A stretch of 64,000 nucleotides of DNA from Brevibacterium luteolum (GCF_013004595.1 NZ_JABEMC010000002.1:186001-250000), one strand, 5' to 3'; shown: positions 30,608 through 41,071, counted from the stretch's first letter. A program made the numbers and translations. Notes: generated by a model not told the origin, from the letters alone.

Positions 30608-31411
30608 TCAGTCCATCACGAGCCCGTTGTCGACGATGAGGTTCTGGCCGGTCACCGCGCGTGAAGCCGGTGAGGCGAAGAACGTCACCGCCGAGGCGAA
30701 CTCCTCCGGCGTCGTGACATGCCCCAGAGGCGTGTTCGCAGCGATAGCATCGAACACCTCATCAGGGGTGGCCGAGGACGCGTCGGTGGTGCGCAGCAGC
30801 CCGCCGGAGACCATGTTGACGCGCACACCCAACGGGCCGAGGTCCTTGGCGTAGGTGCGGGTGAGCGAGAGCAGCGCGGCCTTCGCGGCGGTGTAGTCGT
30901 GGTAGGGCACGACGGGGTTCTGGAACAGGTTGGTGCCGATGTTGACGACCCGACCCGAACCGATCTCGCGGAATCCGCTCATCGCAGCCTGAATGACGTG
31001 CATCGCCCCGCCGACGGTGCCGCGGAACTGCTGCTCGAAGGCGGCGAAGGCGATCTCATCGGCGTCCGGGCGCTCATCGCCGTTGAAGGAGAAGTCGACA
31101 AGCGCGTTGTTGATGACGGTGGAGACCGGCTGCCCGAACTCCTCGCGGGCGGTCTCGAACATCGCCACCACCTGGCGGAAGTCGGTGACGTCGGCTTCGA
31201 CGGCCAGCGCGCGACCGCCTCGGGCTCGGATCTGCTCGGCGAGCTCCTGGGCCTGGTCAGCCGAATAGCGGTAATTGATGACGAGTGCCGCGCCTTCGCG
31301 GTAGAAGGCCTTGACGAGCGCGGCGCCGAGCCCGCGGCCGCCTCCGGTGACAAGGACGAGCTGTTCGTTCAGCGGCAGCGCCGCCGTCGTGTGAGCCTGC
31401 GCGTTCGACAT
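30608..31411 (-). CDS. Short-chain dehydrogenase/reductase
   Basis: TGGGRGLG, NNA and YTAAK motifs. Confidence 0.85.
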   Translation of the reverse strand: MSNAQAHTTAALPLNEQLVLVTGGGRGLGAALVKAFYREGAALVINYRYSADQAQELAEQIRARGGRALAVEADVTDFRQVVAMFETAREEFGQPVSTVINNALVDFSFNGDERPDADEIAFAAFEQQFRGTVGGAMHVIQAAMSGFREIGSGRVVNIGTNLFQNPVVPYHDYTAAKAALLSLTRTYAKDLGPLGVRVNMVSGGLLRTTDASSATPDEVFDAIAANTPLGHVTTPEEFASAVTFFASPASRAVTGQNLIVDNGLVMD

Positions 31412-31511
31412 CGAAACTCCCTAAGGCTGGGGCCGCACGCGGCCCGTGGACGTGAGGTGCCACCAGCCTATCCGGTTCGCACCGGTCTGAGCAGTGCGCG
31501 CTCAGCAGGGC

Positions 31512-32612
31512 TCAGCCCCGTCCGGCGCGTTCGGCTGCGCGGCGCTGCCGGCGGGTGAGGAACTCTCCGTCGCCAGCGGCCTGATCCCCTCCCGACGCGG
31601 TGGTGGCCGGTTCCGAGGCGGTGGTGGCCGGTTCCGAGGCTGAGGTTCCCTCCGCCTCGGCGACGTCGCGTGCTGGGACGGACGCTTCACCCGGGCGGGT
31701 CGCAGCGGCGCCGTCGGCGAGACGGTCGCCGTCCTCGCCGCCGGGCAGTTCCGAACGGTCGAAGCCGAGCTTCCTGCCCGGGGCCGTGAGGGGGTAGAAA
31801 ATGAGGAACCACAGAGCGATGAGCACGCCTGCGATGATGAGGATGCTGCCCCAGGCCGGGATCGTGCGGTCGAAGGCGAGCAGCGCTTCCTGCAGTGCTC
31901 CGGCGGTCGTGGTGGAGATGATCTCCGGGACGCCGACGAGGCCGTTGGTGGCCATGAAGATGACGCCGACGGCGATGAAGACGATGCCGGAGATGAGCGA
32001 GGTCGTGTGGAAGTCGCGGCCAGCGATCGTGATCGTCTTGCCGCGCAGCCACGAGATCCGATCGGCGCCGAGCTTCTGCCAGACAACGGCGATGACGAAC
32101 ACCGGCACCGCGATGCCGAGCGCATAGACCGACAGGTAGAACATGCCGGTGAGCGGACTGCCGCCCGAGGCCGCCAGGGTGAGCACGGCACCGAGGATCG
32201 GGCCGGTGCAGAACCCGGCGACACCGGAGACGATGCCGAGCACGTAGGCACTCAGCAGCGAGGCGGTGCCGCCGCTGCCGGCGCCGGGGTTGCGCAGACT
32301 CTCGGGCATGAAGCGGCCCAGGTCGAAGCCGAGCCCGAAGATCTGCAGCAGCCCGAAGATGATGAGCAGGACGCTGGCGACCATGATGAGGGTGGTGCGG
32401 TGGGCGGTCAGCAGCGCGCCGATGAAACCGGCGCCGGCACCCATCGGCAGCAGGATCGTGAGCAGCCCGATGAAGAACATCGCCGCCCGGCCGACGAGCT
32501 TCGTCCCACCTGAGACACTGAAGGCGAAGAACGCCGGGATGAGCAGCGCCCCGCACGGGCTCAGCAGAGCGAGCACGCCACCGAGGAAGGCTGCGGTGAG
32601 TCCGATGGTCAT
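31512..32612 (-). CDS. CcdA/DsbD-type thiol-disulfide transmembrane protein
   Basis: LLSPCGALLIP and GFCTGPILG catalytic cysteines. Confidence 0.88.
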   Translation of the reverse strand: MTIGLTAAFLGGVLALLSPCGALLIPAFFAFSVSGGTKLVGRAAMFFIGLLTILLPMGAGAGFIGALLTAHRTTLIMVASVLLIIFGLLQIFGLGFDLGRFMPESLRNPGAGSGGTASLLSAYVLGIVSGVAGFCTGPILGAVLTLAASGGSPLTGMFYLSVYALGIAVPVFVIAVVWQKLGADRISWLRGKTITIAGRDFHTTSLISGIVFIAVGVIFMATNGLVGVPEIISTTTAGALQEALLAFDRTIPAWGSILIIAGVLIALWFLIFYPLTAPGRKLGFDRSELPGGEDGDRLADGAAATRPGEASVPARDVAEAEGTSASEPATTASEPATTASGGDQAAGDGEFLTRRQRRAAERAGRG

Positions 32613-33382
32613 GAACTGCCTCCTGCCTCGTACGGGTTGTCCTGCTCAGCGGCCTCGATGGCCTTCTGGAACTCCTCCAACGGCTGTGCACCGGACATCG
32701 GCTGCCCGTTGATGACGAAGGCCGGGGTGGAGAACGCACCGACCTCGGCGGCCTCTTCGGCGTTGTCGCGCACGTGCTGGTAGGCCTCATCGGATTCCAT
32801 GTCGCGCTCGAACTGCGCGAGGTCCATGCTCAGCGCCTGCGCGGCCGCAGTGAGCTTCTCCTGTGTCAGGTCAGGGGGGTCGAGCGGCTCGCCGTCGCCG
32901 AACAGGCTCTGGTGGAACTCGATGTAAAGGTTCTGCTGGCCGGCCGCCCACGCGGCGCGGGCGGCTCGGTTGGAGTCCTCGCCGAAGAAGTCGACGTCGC
33001 GCCATTCGATGCGCAGCTTCGCCTCATTGAGGTACTGGTCGATGAGCTGCGGTTCGACCTCGGCGGAGTGCTTGGCGCAGAACGGGCATTGGAAGTCGGT
33101 GAAGACGACCATCGCCACCGGCGACTCGGGGTTGCCGAGCCCGAAGGGGTCCTCAACGTCACGCCGAGCTTCACCGGGGGTCTCGCCGTCGGAGTCGCCG
33201 TCGGCAGCAGGCGAAGCGCCGGCACCGGCGTCGCCTCCCTGGCCAGCCGTCCGGGTCTGCTCAGCCACCGGGGCAGGCTGGTCGTCCTCGTCGATGACGA
33301 GGATGAAGATCGCGATGAGGGCGATGACGAGGATATTCACCGGAATCGCCCAGAACCAGAAGGGACGCGAATTGGCACGCAC
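32609..33382 (-). CDS. DsbA-family thioredoxin-fold protein
   Basis: N-terminal TM, FTDFQCPFC and STPAFVING. Confidence 0.88.
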   Translation of the reverse strand: MRANSRPFWFWAIPVNILVIALIAIFILVIDEDDQPAPVAEQTRTAGQGGDAGAGASPAADGDSDGETPGEARRDVEDPFGLGNPESPVAMVVFTDFQCPFCAKHSAEVEPQLIDQYLNEAKLRIEWRDVDFFGEDSNRAARAAWAAGQQNLYIEFHQSLFGDGEPLDPPDLTQEKLTAAAQALSMDLAQFERDMESDEAYQHVRDNAEEAAEVGAFSTPAFVINGQPMSGAQPLEEFQKAIEAAEQDNPYEAGGSS

Positions 33383-33756
33383 CCTGACACCATAACGAAT
33401 GTCCTCTGTGCCGGTACATCCCCTGACACAAGGTCACTCGCGGCTTATTGAAGTTTTCGGTGTCGGCACAGCCTGCTCCCCTGCCTGGCCCCGGCAGCTG
33501 CGGTGCGCCTCACGTTGCGCTGTGCGCCACACCCCGGTGACCACAAGCCCCCTTGCCGTCAACGAGCAGCCGCACACCACCTCGGGCCCGGTGCCGTCGA
33601 TCCTCGCCTCCAGCTCCCTGCCCGGGGCCGCGACCGCCGCCTGAGCGCGCAGGGACGCCGAACGCCGGGCACCTGCCGGTTGCAGTGATTTGCCAGCTTG
33701 GGTATTAGGATGAGTCGGAGACTCTGCACCGTCAACCTTGCGAAACGGACCCTTCT

Positions 33757-34782
33757 TTGAACGGCAATTCGACTTTCCGGCATTCCAACGTCGCGCTCCT
33801 CGGCCTGGTCGAGGTGACGGCACCCGTGGAGGTCACCTCGGCCTCCTTCGACCAGCGACTCGCCGGAACCCTTGAGCGTCTGGGACTGCCCCACGGCCTG
33901 CTCGAACGCGTCGCCGGGGTCAACGCCCGCCGCAACTGGGAGCACCCCTCGGACTTCTCCACCGGTGCCGCCGAGGCCGGGCGCAGGGTGCTGCGCGAGA
34001 CCGGCATCGACGCCGAGCAGGTCGGGCTCATGATCAACACCTCCGTCACCCGCGAGAACCTCGAGCCCTCTGTTGCGGTGTCGATCCACCACGGCATCGG
34101 CCTGCAGCCGCACGCCATGAACTTCGATCTCACCAACGCCTGCCTGGGGTTCGTCAACGGCATGACCCTGGCAGCGACGATGATCGACTCCGGCCAGCTC
34201 GACTACGCCCTCATCGTCGCAGGTGAGGACGCCTCCCGGGTGCAGGAGTCGACGATCGAGCGGCTCTCCCGCCCGGAGATCACCCGGGCCGAATACCTCA
34301 ACGAGTTCGCCTCGCTCACCTTGGGCTCCGGCGCCTCGGCCGCCCTGCTGGGCCCGGCGGACAAGCACCCGGAGGGCCACCGGATCCTCGGCGGGGTGAC
34401 CCGGGCGGCGACGTGGAACCATCAGCTGTGCGTCGGCGACCACGACGGCATGTTCACCGACGCCAAGGGACTGCTGGAGAACGGCATGGAACTCGTCACC
34501 ACCGCCTGGCACACCGCCCACGGCGACGGCTGGGACTGGCGGAACATGGACGCCTATGTCATGCATCAGGTCTCTGACATCCACACGAATTCGATCGCCA
34601 AGGCCGTCGACCTCGACACGACCCGGATCCCGAAGACCTACCCGCAGCTCGGCAACGTCGGCCCGGCCTCCCTGCCGATCACGCTCACCCGCAAGGCCGC
34701 TGAGCTCAGTGCCGGCGACCGGGTGCTGTGCATGGGCGTGGGCTCGGGCCTGAACACGGCGATGACGGAGATCGAGTGGTGA
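33757..34782 (+). CDS. oleA: OleA, KAS III/thiolase-fold head-to-head condensing enzyme
   Basis: LEPSVA (catalytic Glu region), NACLGF, MHQVS, GNVGPASLP and MGVGSGLN, in ole operon context. Confidence 0.85.
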   Translation: MNGNSTFRHSNVALLGLVEVTAPVEVTSASFDQRLAGTLERLGLPHGLLERVAGVNARRNWEHPSDFSTGAAEAGRRVLRETGIDAEQVGLMINTSVTRENLEPSVAVSIHHGIGLQPHAMNFDLTNACLGFVNGMTLAATMIDSGQLDYALIVAGEDASRVQESTIERLSRPEITRAEYLNEFASLTLGSGASAALLGPADKHPEGHRILGGVTRAATWNHQLCVGDHDGMFTDAKGLLENGMELVTTAWHTAHGDGWDWRNMDAYVMHQVSDIHTNSIAKAVDLDTTRIPKTYPQLGNVGPASLPITLTRKAAELSAGDRVLCMGVGSGLNTAMTEIEW

Positions 34783-37673
34783 GACTGCCCGGCCTCAGCC
34801 TGCGTCCTGGCAGCTCCGGCCTGCCGGCCCGGCCCGCCTCGACGCCGGGTGCGCTGCCGGGCTGGGATGAGCAGTGGTCGCGTCTCGTGACCGTCGGCAC
34901 CGTCGACGGCGAGCGCACCTTCCACGTCCTCGACACGCTGCCGGCCCTGCAGGCCGAAGGGCTCGCACCAGCCGGCACGATCCTCGCTCTGCACGGCAAC
35001 CCCACCTGGTCCTACCTGTGGCGCCACCTGGCTGCCGTTTCGCTTGACCGTGCCCGAGGCGGGGGTCCCGTCTGGCGGGTCATCGCCCCGGACCAGCTGG
35101 AGATGGGATTCTCCGAACGCCTCTCACACACCGGCCTGCCGACCACCCACGGTCCTGGTTTCCGGCGCATCGCCGAACGCGTCGCGGATTTCGACGCCGT
35201 TGTCACCGAGCTCCTCGCCGAGCGCCCGGCCGAGCGCACCGTCACCCTCGGCCACGACTGGGGTGGGGTGCTGTCGCTGACGTGGGCGGCCCGCAATCAG
35301 GACCGCATCGACGCGGTCATCTCACTCAACACCGCTGTCGCCCAGCCGGAGGGCACCCCGATCCCGGCACCCCTGCAGGCGGCTCTGGCCGGGCCGATGC
35401 TGCCGCTGTCAACAGTGCGCACCGACTGGTTCCTGCGCACCACCCTCGCCCTGGCCCAGGGCTCGCTGACCGATGCACAAAAGGACGCCTTCCGCGCCCC
35501 GTACCGCACGGCTGAGCTGCGCGGCGGGATCGGCGCCTTCGTCGCTGACATCCCGGCGGTCGAGACCCACCCGTCGTACGCCGAGCTGCAGCGCCTCGGT
35601 GACGACATCGCCGGCATCGACCTGCCGGCCCTGCTCATCTGGGGGCCGAAGGACCCGGTGTTCTTGGAGCGGTTCCTGCGCGATCTGCGCCACCGCCTGC
35701 CCCAGGCCGATATCCACCGTTGTGAGAAGGCCTCCCACCTCGTCAGCGAAGACGCCGATGTCGCCGGCATCGTCCTCGACTGGCTCTCCGCCCAGTTCGA
35801 CGCACCTGGCCAGGCGACCGGGACTGCTGAGGCAACGGGCGCCTCGGGAGCGGCCGACGACCAGGCGCCCACCACCGCTGCTCCGACCACCTCCCGGATG
35901 ATCTACGATGCGCTGGCCGAACGCGCCGACGACGAGGCGATCGCCTCGGTCGACATGTCCCAGAACCCGCCGCAGTCGGTGAGCTGGCGGCAGCTCTCCG
36001 GCGTCGTCGACGGAATCGCAGCCGGACTGCAGGCCCGCGGCCTGGCGCCCGGCGACCGGGTGTCGCTGCTCGTAACCCCCGGCAACAACCTCACAGCCGC
36101 CGCCTACGGCGTGCTCAAGGCAGGCGGCACCGTCGTCGTCGCCGACGCCGGCCTCGGGGTGGCCGGGATGACCCGGGCGATCCGGTCTGCCGACCCGCAG
36201 TGGATCATCGGCGAACTTCCCGGCCTCACCCTGGCTCGCACCGCCGGCTGGCCGGGCCGGCGAATCTCCATCAGCCCCCTGCCGGGTCCCGAGCGGCTGG
36301 CGCTGAACGTCGAGACCTCGCTGACCGAACTCATCCGCGAAGGCCACGCCCACCTCGCCGCCGGTGAGCCGCTGCGCACCCCAGCACCCGCGGATCTGGC
36401 TGCGGTGCTCTTCACCTCCGGCTCAACCGGCCCGGCCAAGGGCGTGCGCTACACCCACGCCCAGCTCGCCGCCCTCATGGACGTGCTCACCCGCACCTTC
36501 GACATGCGCCCAGGCGCCGGCCTCGTCGCCGGGTTCGCGCCGTTCGCGCTCTTCGGCCCCGGCCTCGGGGTCACCAGCGTGACTCCGGACATGTCGGTGA
36601 CGAAACCGCGCACGCTCACCGCCGCGGCCCTAGCCGATGCCATCGCCGAGGCGGACTGCACGATGGTCTTCGCCTCACCTGCCGCCTACACCAACGTCTG
36701 CGCGACCGCCGGTGACCTCACCGAGGCACAGCGGGCCGCCTGTGCCGGGGTCGAGCTCGCGCTCTCGGCCGGAGCGCCGGTGCCGCTGTCGCTCATGAAC
36801 CAGGTGGCAGAGGTCTTCCCGCACGCACAGATCCACTCCCCCTACGGGATGACCGAGGGGCTGCTGCTGGCCGATATCGACCGGCACGCAGTGGCCACCG
36901 CCGAGGCGGAGGGCACCGCGCGCACGGACGGCACCGGCTCGAACGGCACCAGGTCGGACGGCACCGCGCGCACCGACGGCGCCGATGATGCAGGCCCAGG
37001 TGCACAGGCGGCGCGCGGCGTGTGCGTCGGCACCCCGATCGACGGGGTGCGCTTCGCCCTGGCCCCCATCGGCGCCGACGGCCGGTCTGCCGATGAGCTG
37101 CTGACCGGGACGGACGCCCAGCAGGTGCTCGGAGAATTCGTCGTCTCCGCCGCCCACATCAAGGACGGCTACGACCGGCTGTGGTCGACCGACCAGCAGG
37201 CCGGCCGCGACACGCTCGACGGACAGCGCTGGCACCGCACCAACGACATCGGCCACATCGACACCGCTGGCCGCATCTGGATCGAAGGCCGCCTCCAGCA
37301 CATCATCACCACCCCGGCCGGGCCGCTCGGCCCCGGCGGGATCGAAGCGCTGACCGACCGCGACCCGGCAGTCTTGCGCTCGGCGGCCGTCGGCGTCGGA
37401 CCGACCGGCACACAGGCACTCGTCCTCGTGCTCGAACCCGCCACCGGCAGCGACCCGGAATCCCGCGAACCCCTGGCCCCCGGCCTGGCACCGCTGCCGG
37501 TCGCCCAGCGACTGCGCGCTCAGGTGGCCGCCGTAACCGGCTCGGACGTCGCCGCCGTGCTCATCGCCCCGTCGTTCCCGACCGACATCCGCCACAACTC
37601 GAAGATCGACCGCTCCCGGCTGGCTGACTGGGCCGCCGCCGTGCTGGGCGGCGAGCCGATCCGCACACCCTGA
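34779..37673 (+). CDS. oleBC: OleBC fusion: alpha/beta-hydrolase beta-lactone decarboxylase plus AMP-binding beta-lactone synthetase
   Basis: LHGNPTWS, GHDWGG, FTSGSTGPAKG, PYGMTE and PTDIRHNSKIDR motifs. GTGA overlap with oleA. Confidence 0.85.
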   Translation: MRLPGLSLRPGSSGLPARPASTPGALPGWDEQWSRLVTVGTVDGERTFHVLDTLPALQAEGLAPAGTILALHGNPTWSYLWRHLAAVSLDRARGGGPVWRVIAPDQLEMGFSERLSHTGLPTTHGPGFRRIAERVADFDAVVTELLAERPAERTVTLGHDWGGVLSLTWAARNQDRIDAVISLNTAVAQPEGTPIPAPLQAALAGPMLPLSTVRTDWFLRTTLALAQGSLTDAQKDAFRAPYRTAELRGGIGAFVADIPAVETHPSYAELQRLGDDIAGIDLPALLIWGPKDPVFLERFLRDLRHRLPQADIHRCEKASHLVSEDADVAGIVLDWLSAQFDAPGQATGTAEATGASGAADDQAPTTAAPTTSRMIYDALAERADDEAIASVDMSQNPPQSVSWRQLSGVVDGIAAGLQARGLAPGDRVSLLVTPGNNLTAAAYGVLKAGGTVVVADAGLGVAGMTRAIRSADPQWIIGELPGLTLARTAGWPGRRISISPLPGPERLALNVETSLTELIREGHAHLAAGEPLRTPAPADLAAVLFTSGSTGPAKGVRYTHAQLAALMDVLTRTFDMRPGAGLVAGFAPFALFGPGLGVTSVTPDMSVTKPRTLTAAALADAIAEADCTMVFASPAAYTNVCATAGDLTEAQRAACAGVELALSAGAPVPLSLMNQVAEVFPHAQIHSPYGMTEGLLLADIDRHAVATAEAEGTARTDGTGSNGTRSDGTARTDGADDAGPGAQAARGVCVGTPIDGVRFALAPIGADGRSADELLTGTDAQQVLGEFVVSAAHIKDGYDRLWSTDQQAGRDTLDGQRWHRTNDIGHIDTAGRIWIEGRLQHIITTPAGPLGPGGIEALTDRDPAVLRSAAVGVGPTGTQALVLVLEPATGSDPESREPLAPGLAPLPVAQRLRAQVAAVTGSDVAAVLIAPSFPTDIRHNSKIDRSRLADWAAAVLGGEPIRTP

Positions 37674-37730
37674 CGACCCCCTCGGGACCGGCCAGCACAT
37701 ATCGCACCAGCCAGCTCACCAGGAGGAACA

Positions 37731-38801
37731 GTGAAGATTCTCGTCACCGGCGCATCCGGTCTGCTCGGCTCCTCAGTCGCTGCCGCACTCGTCTCCGCCG
37801 GGCACACGGTCACCACCCTGCAGCGCCGCCCCTCCGGGGTCGGCGGGGCGCGGGACATCGCCGCCTCGATCACCGATGCTGCTGCCGTGGCCGAGGCGGT
37901 GGCCGAGCAGCAGGCGGTCGTCCACCTGGCAGCGAAGGTCTCAATGGCCGGGGATCCGGCCGATTTCGAGGCGATCAACATCGCCGGCACCCGCACACTG
38001 CTCTCAGCGGCCCAGGATGCAGGGGTGAGCCGGTTCGTGCACATCTCCTCCCCCTCGGTCGCCCATGCCGGTGACTCGCTTGTCGGCGTCGGGGCGGGCC
38101 CGGCTGATCCGGAGCATGCCCGCGGTGAGTATGCGCGCACCAAAGCCCACGGCGAACTGCTGGCACTGGCCGCTGACAGTGAGGATTTCCGGGTGCTCGT
38201 GCTGCGCCCGCACCTCATGTGGGGGCCAGGGGACACGCAGCTGACCGAGCGGATCATCGACCGCGCCCGCGCCGGCCGGATGCCGGTGCTCGGCACCGGG
38301 GCGGCACTTGTCGACACGCTCTACATCACCAATGCCGTCGACGCGATCGTCGCCGGGCTCACCGCCGTCAACCGCCATCACGGGGAGGCGCTCGTCGTCA
38401 CCAACGGCCAACCGCGGCCGGTCGGTGAGCTCATGACCCAGATGGCGCTGGCCGGAGGGGCTCGCCGCCCGAAGCTCAGCGTGCCCGTGCCCGCCGCCCT
38501 GGCCGCCGGCACCGTCGTCGAAAAGGTCTGGGATCTCGCCGCCGAGGTTGAGGACACGCTGGCCGGCCGGCTGCCCGAGACGACTGCCGCCCGCCTCCAC
38601 GAGACGCTTTCCGATGAGCCGCCGCTGACCCGGTTCCTCGCCGAACAGCTCTCGACCGCCCACTGGTTCGACCAGCGCCGCACCCGCGAAGTCCTCAACT
38701 GGACGCCCCGGGTGAGCATCGAGGAGGGGCTCGGCGAACTTGCCGCCCACTACGGCGGCACCGCACCCGACCCTGGGGCCGCGCTGACGGTAGGCCGCTG
38801 A
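37731..38801 (+). CDS. oleD: OleD, NAD(P)-dependent extended SDR (2-alkyl-3-oxoalkanoate reductase)
   Basis: VTGASGLLG, HLAAKV, SSPSV, YARTK and RPHLMWGPGD motifs. Confidence 0.85.
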   Translation: MKILVTGASGLLGSSVAAALVSAGHTVTTLQRRPSGVGGARDIAASITDAAAVAEAVAEQQAVVHLAAKVSMAGDPADFEAINIAGTRTLLSAAQDAGVSRFVHISSPSVAHAGDSLVGVGAGPADPEHARGEYARTKAHGELLALAADSEDFRVLVLRPHLMWGPGDTQLTERIIDRARAGRMPVLGTGAALVDTLYITNAVDAIVAGLTAVNRHHGEALVVTNGQPRPVGELMTQMALAGGARRPKLSVPVPAALAAGTVVEKVWDLAAEVEDTLAGRLPETTAARLHETLSDEPPLTRFLAEQLSTAHWFDQRRTREVLNWTPRVSIEEGLGELAAHYGGTAPDPGAALTVGR

Positions 38802-39454
38802 TGCTCAGCATTGACGGACTCGTCGCCGGCTACCCGGCGGGATTCGCCCTGCCGCCGCTCGACCTGCAGCTGCAGCCCGGGTCGATCACCCGGCTGGCCG
38901 GGGCGAACGGGGCCGGCAAATCGACCCTGCTGCAGACGATCGCCGGCCGGCAGACGCCGCTTTCCGGCCGCGTGCTGCTCGGCGGCGAACCGGCAGACCA
39001 CACCGGGTCTGCCTGGAAGCGGCAGGTTGCAACCCTCCTCGGCGACGACGCCTGGCTCACCGGGCTCACCGCCGGTGAGCACCTGACGCTGCTCGCCCGC
39101 GCCCATGACGTCACCGCTCCCGAGGCGGCCATCACCGAGATCTGTGCCGCCCTCAACCTGCCGATCCGGTTCCTCGACGCTTACCCGGAGGCGCTCTCCA
39201 GCGGGCAGCGGCGCAAGGTGCTGCTGGCCAGCGCCCTCTTCCGGTCAGCCGAGGTGCTGCTACTTGATGAGCCCGAGCAGAACCTCGATGCCGCCTCGGT
39301 CCAGGCGCTGCGCCGCCTGCTGATTGCCCGCGCGGAGAGCGGCACGGCGATTCTGCTCTCCACCCACGACGACGCGCTCATCGACCCCGAGCGCACTACC
39401 ACCGTGCAGATCTGCGAACACCCCGACGGGACGCTGGGCTATGACGCCGCCTGA
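38801..39454 (+). CDS. ABC transporter ATP-binding protein
   Basis: GANGAGKS, LSSGQRRK and LLLDEP motifs. 1-bp overlap with the oleD stop. Confidence 0.88.
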   Translation: MLSIDGLVAGYPAGFALPPLDLQLQPGSITRLAGANGAGKSTLLQTIAGRQTPLSGRVLLGGEPADHTGSAWKRQVATLLGDDAWLTGLTAGEHLTLLARAHDVTAPEAAITEICAALNLPIRFLDAYPEALSSGQRRKVLLASALFRSAEVLLLDEPEQNLDAASVQALRRLLIARAESGTAILLSTHDDALIDPERTTTVQICEHPDGTLGYDAA

Positions 39455-41054
39455 CCCGGCCCTGCCGCACCCCCTCACCCCTGCCGGCCTCGCCCGGCTC
39501 ACCCGCAGCCGCCGCCCGCACACGCTGAGCGCCGGAGCGGTCTACACCTACGCGCTGGCCGCAGCCGTGTTCATCGCCGTCCTCGCCTCGGCCGCGCAGT
39601 CCCTTGCCGCGCCGCTGGTGGCAGCGCTCACCGCCGGGCCGGCCGACACCGTCGCCGAGGCGGTGGTCGCCTCCCCGTTCCCCGTCCTGCAATCCGTCCT
39701 CATCTCCGCGTGCGGGCTGCTCGTGCTCTCCTGGCTGCTCACCCGCCTCGGCCCGCTCGGGCTGCCCGAACCGGTGCGGGTGTGGCTGTTCCAGCACCCG
39801 GGCTTCAGCCCGTCCTGGCTGCGCCGCCGCCTGAGTGCCGTCATCCTCGGTGGGGTGCTCGGCGGGATCATCATCGGGCTGCTGGCGGTCGTGCCGCACC
39901 TGTCCTGGCAGGCCACCGGTGGCGCGATGATCCTCGACCTCGGCATAACCGCAGCTGCCGCGATCGCACTTGTGGCCGTGCTGGCGGCCACCGGAGCGGC
40001 TGGTGCCCTCATCCTCATCGGCCTGCAGGCGGGCCTGTTCGGCACGACGGTCGACACTGAGCATCTCAGCGACCGGCTGCTGTGGGCGGCGGTCGCGGCA
40101 CTGGCGGTGCTTGCCCTCACCGCACCGCTGGGCGACTTCGCCGGTCCGGTCATGCATGCTGCAGCGAGCGGTCTGAGCGCACCTGTCGCGCTCGGTTTCA
40201 CCGCAGCCCTCGTATTGACCGTCGTCAGCGCAGCCGTGTGGATGGTGCTGAGGCCCCCACGGTTGTCATGGCCGCAGCTCGAAGCCGGGTCGCGGTCCTC
40301 GCAGCTCATGCGCTTCGGGCTGGTGACCGCCGATGCCAATGCGATGGCCACCACCCTCTTCGCCCGCCTGCGCGCCTGCCGGAACGCATCCGGTCAGCTG
40401 GCACGCCTGAGGCGGCTGCCGTCCCTGCTGGCCCTGCCGACCGGAATGCTCATCGGGCTGACCCGCACGGCAGGCGTACCGGCGCTGCTCGCCATAACGG
40501 TGCTGCTGCCGTGGGCGGCCAGCGCGCTGCCGCTTGGTCAGCTGCCGGTCGCCGGTGTCCTCATCGCCTGCCTGAGCCTGGGCATCGCCGGCTGGCTGGC
40601 CGTCATGAGCGTGCGCGCCTGTGCTGCGAACCCGGCCTTCACCGAGGTGTTCCCGTTTGGCAGCGGCACCTGCCGGCTCCTCATCGCACTCACCCCTGCC
40701 ACCGTGCTGCTGCCTGCCGGTGTGCTCGTCTTCCTACCGATAACCGTCCAGCTCGGTCAGCCGGTCCTGCTCGCCCTCGCCTGCCTCTTCGCACTCCTGT
40801 GCGCGGCAGCCGCGACGCATGCGGCGCTCCGGCCGCCGCCGAACTGGCTGGCACCTGCGGTCATGACCGAAGCCGGGGCGCTGCCCGTCGGCGTCATCGC
40901 ACAGCTGACCACCCCGGTCCTTATGACATCGCTCGGCGCGTTGGGCATGCTGCTGGCTGCCAGCACAGTGGTCTCACCGGCAGCTGGTGCGGTGCTGCTG
41001 GCCGGCGTGGCCGGCTGGGCGGTCTACCGGCTGCGTCGCAGCGGACACCAGTGA
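39441..41054 (+). CDS. Polytopic membrane protein, probable ABC permease
   Basis: About 12 hydrophobic segments. Overlaps the ATPase gene. Confidence 0.7.
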   Translation: MTPPDPALPHPLTPAGLARLTRSRRPHTLSAGAVYTYALAAAVFIAVLASAAQSLAAPLVAALTAGPADTVAEAVVASPFPVLQSVLISACGLLVLSWLLTRLGPLGLPEPVRVWLFQHPGFSPSWLRRRLSAVILGGVLGGIIIGLLAVVPHLSWQATGGAMILDLGITAAAAIALVAVLAATGAAGALILIGLQAGLFGTTVDTEHLSDRLLWAAVAALAVLALTAPLGDFAGPVMHAAASGLSAPVALGFTAALVLTVVSAAVWMVLRPPRLSWPQLEAGSRSSQLMRFGLVTADANAMATTLFARLRACRNASGQLARLRRLPSLLALPTGMLIGLTRTAGVPALLAITVLLPWAASALPLGQLPVAGVLIACLSLGIAGWLAVMSVRACAANPAFTEVFPFGSGTCRLLIALTPATVLLPAGVLVFLPITVQLGQPVLLALACLFALLCAAAATHAALRPPPNWLAPAVMTEAGALPVGVIAQLTTPVLMTSLGALGMLLAASTVVSPAAGAVLLAGVAGWAVYRLRRSGHQ

Positions 41055-41071
41055 CCCGGTGACGAGGGGTC

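Noticed and set aside
31412..31510. TPP riboswitch upstream of the SDR (this subfamily is thiamine-linked in some bacteria)
   Set aside because: The conserved CTGAGA...AACCTGA...AGGGA arrangement is not present on the minus strand.
33383..33756. Possible riboswitch or small gene upstream of oleA
   Set aside because: No known aptamer words or credible ORF. Only one partial copy of the dispersed CCACCTCGGG motif.
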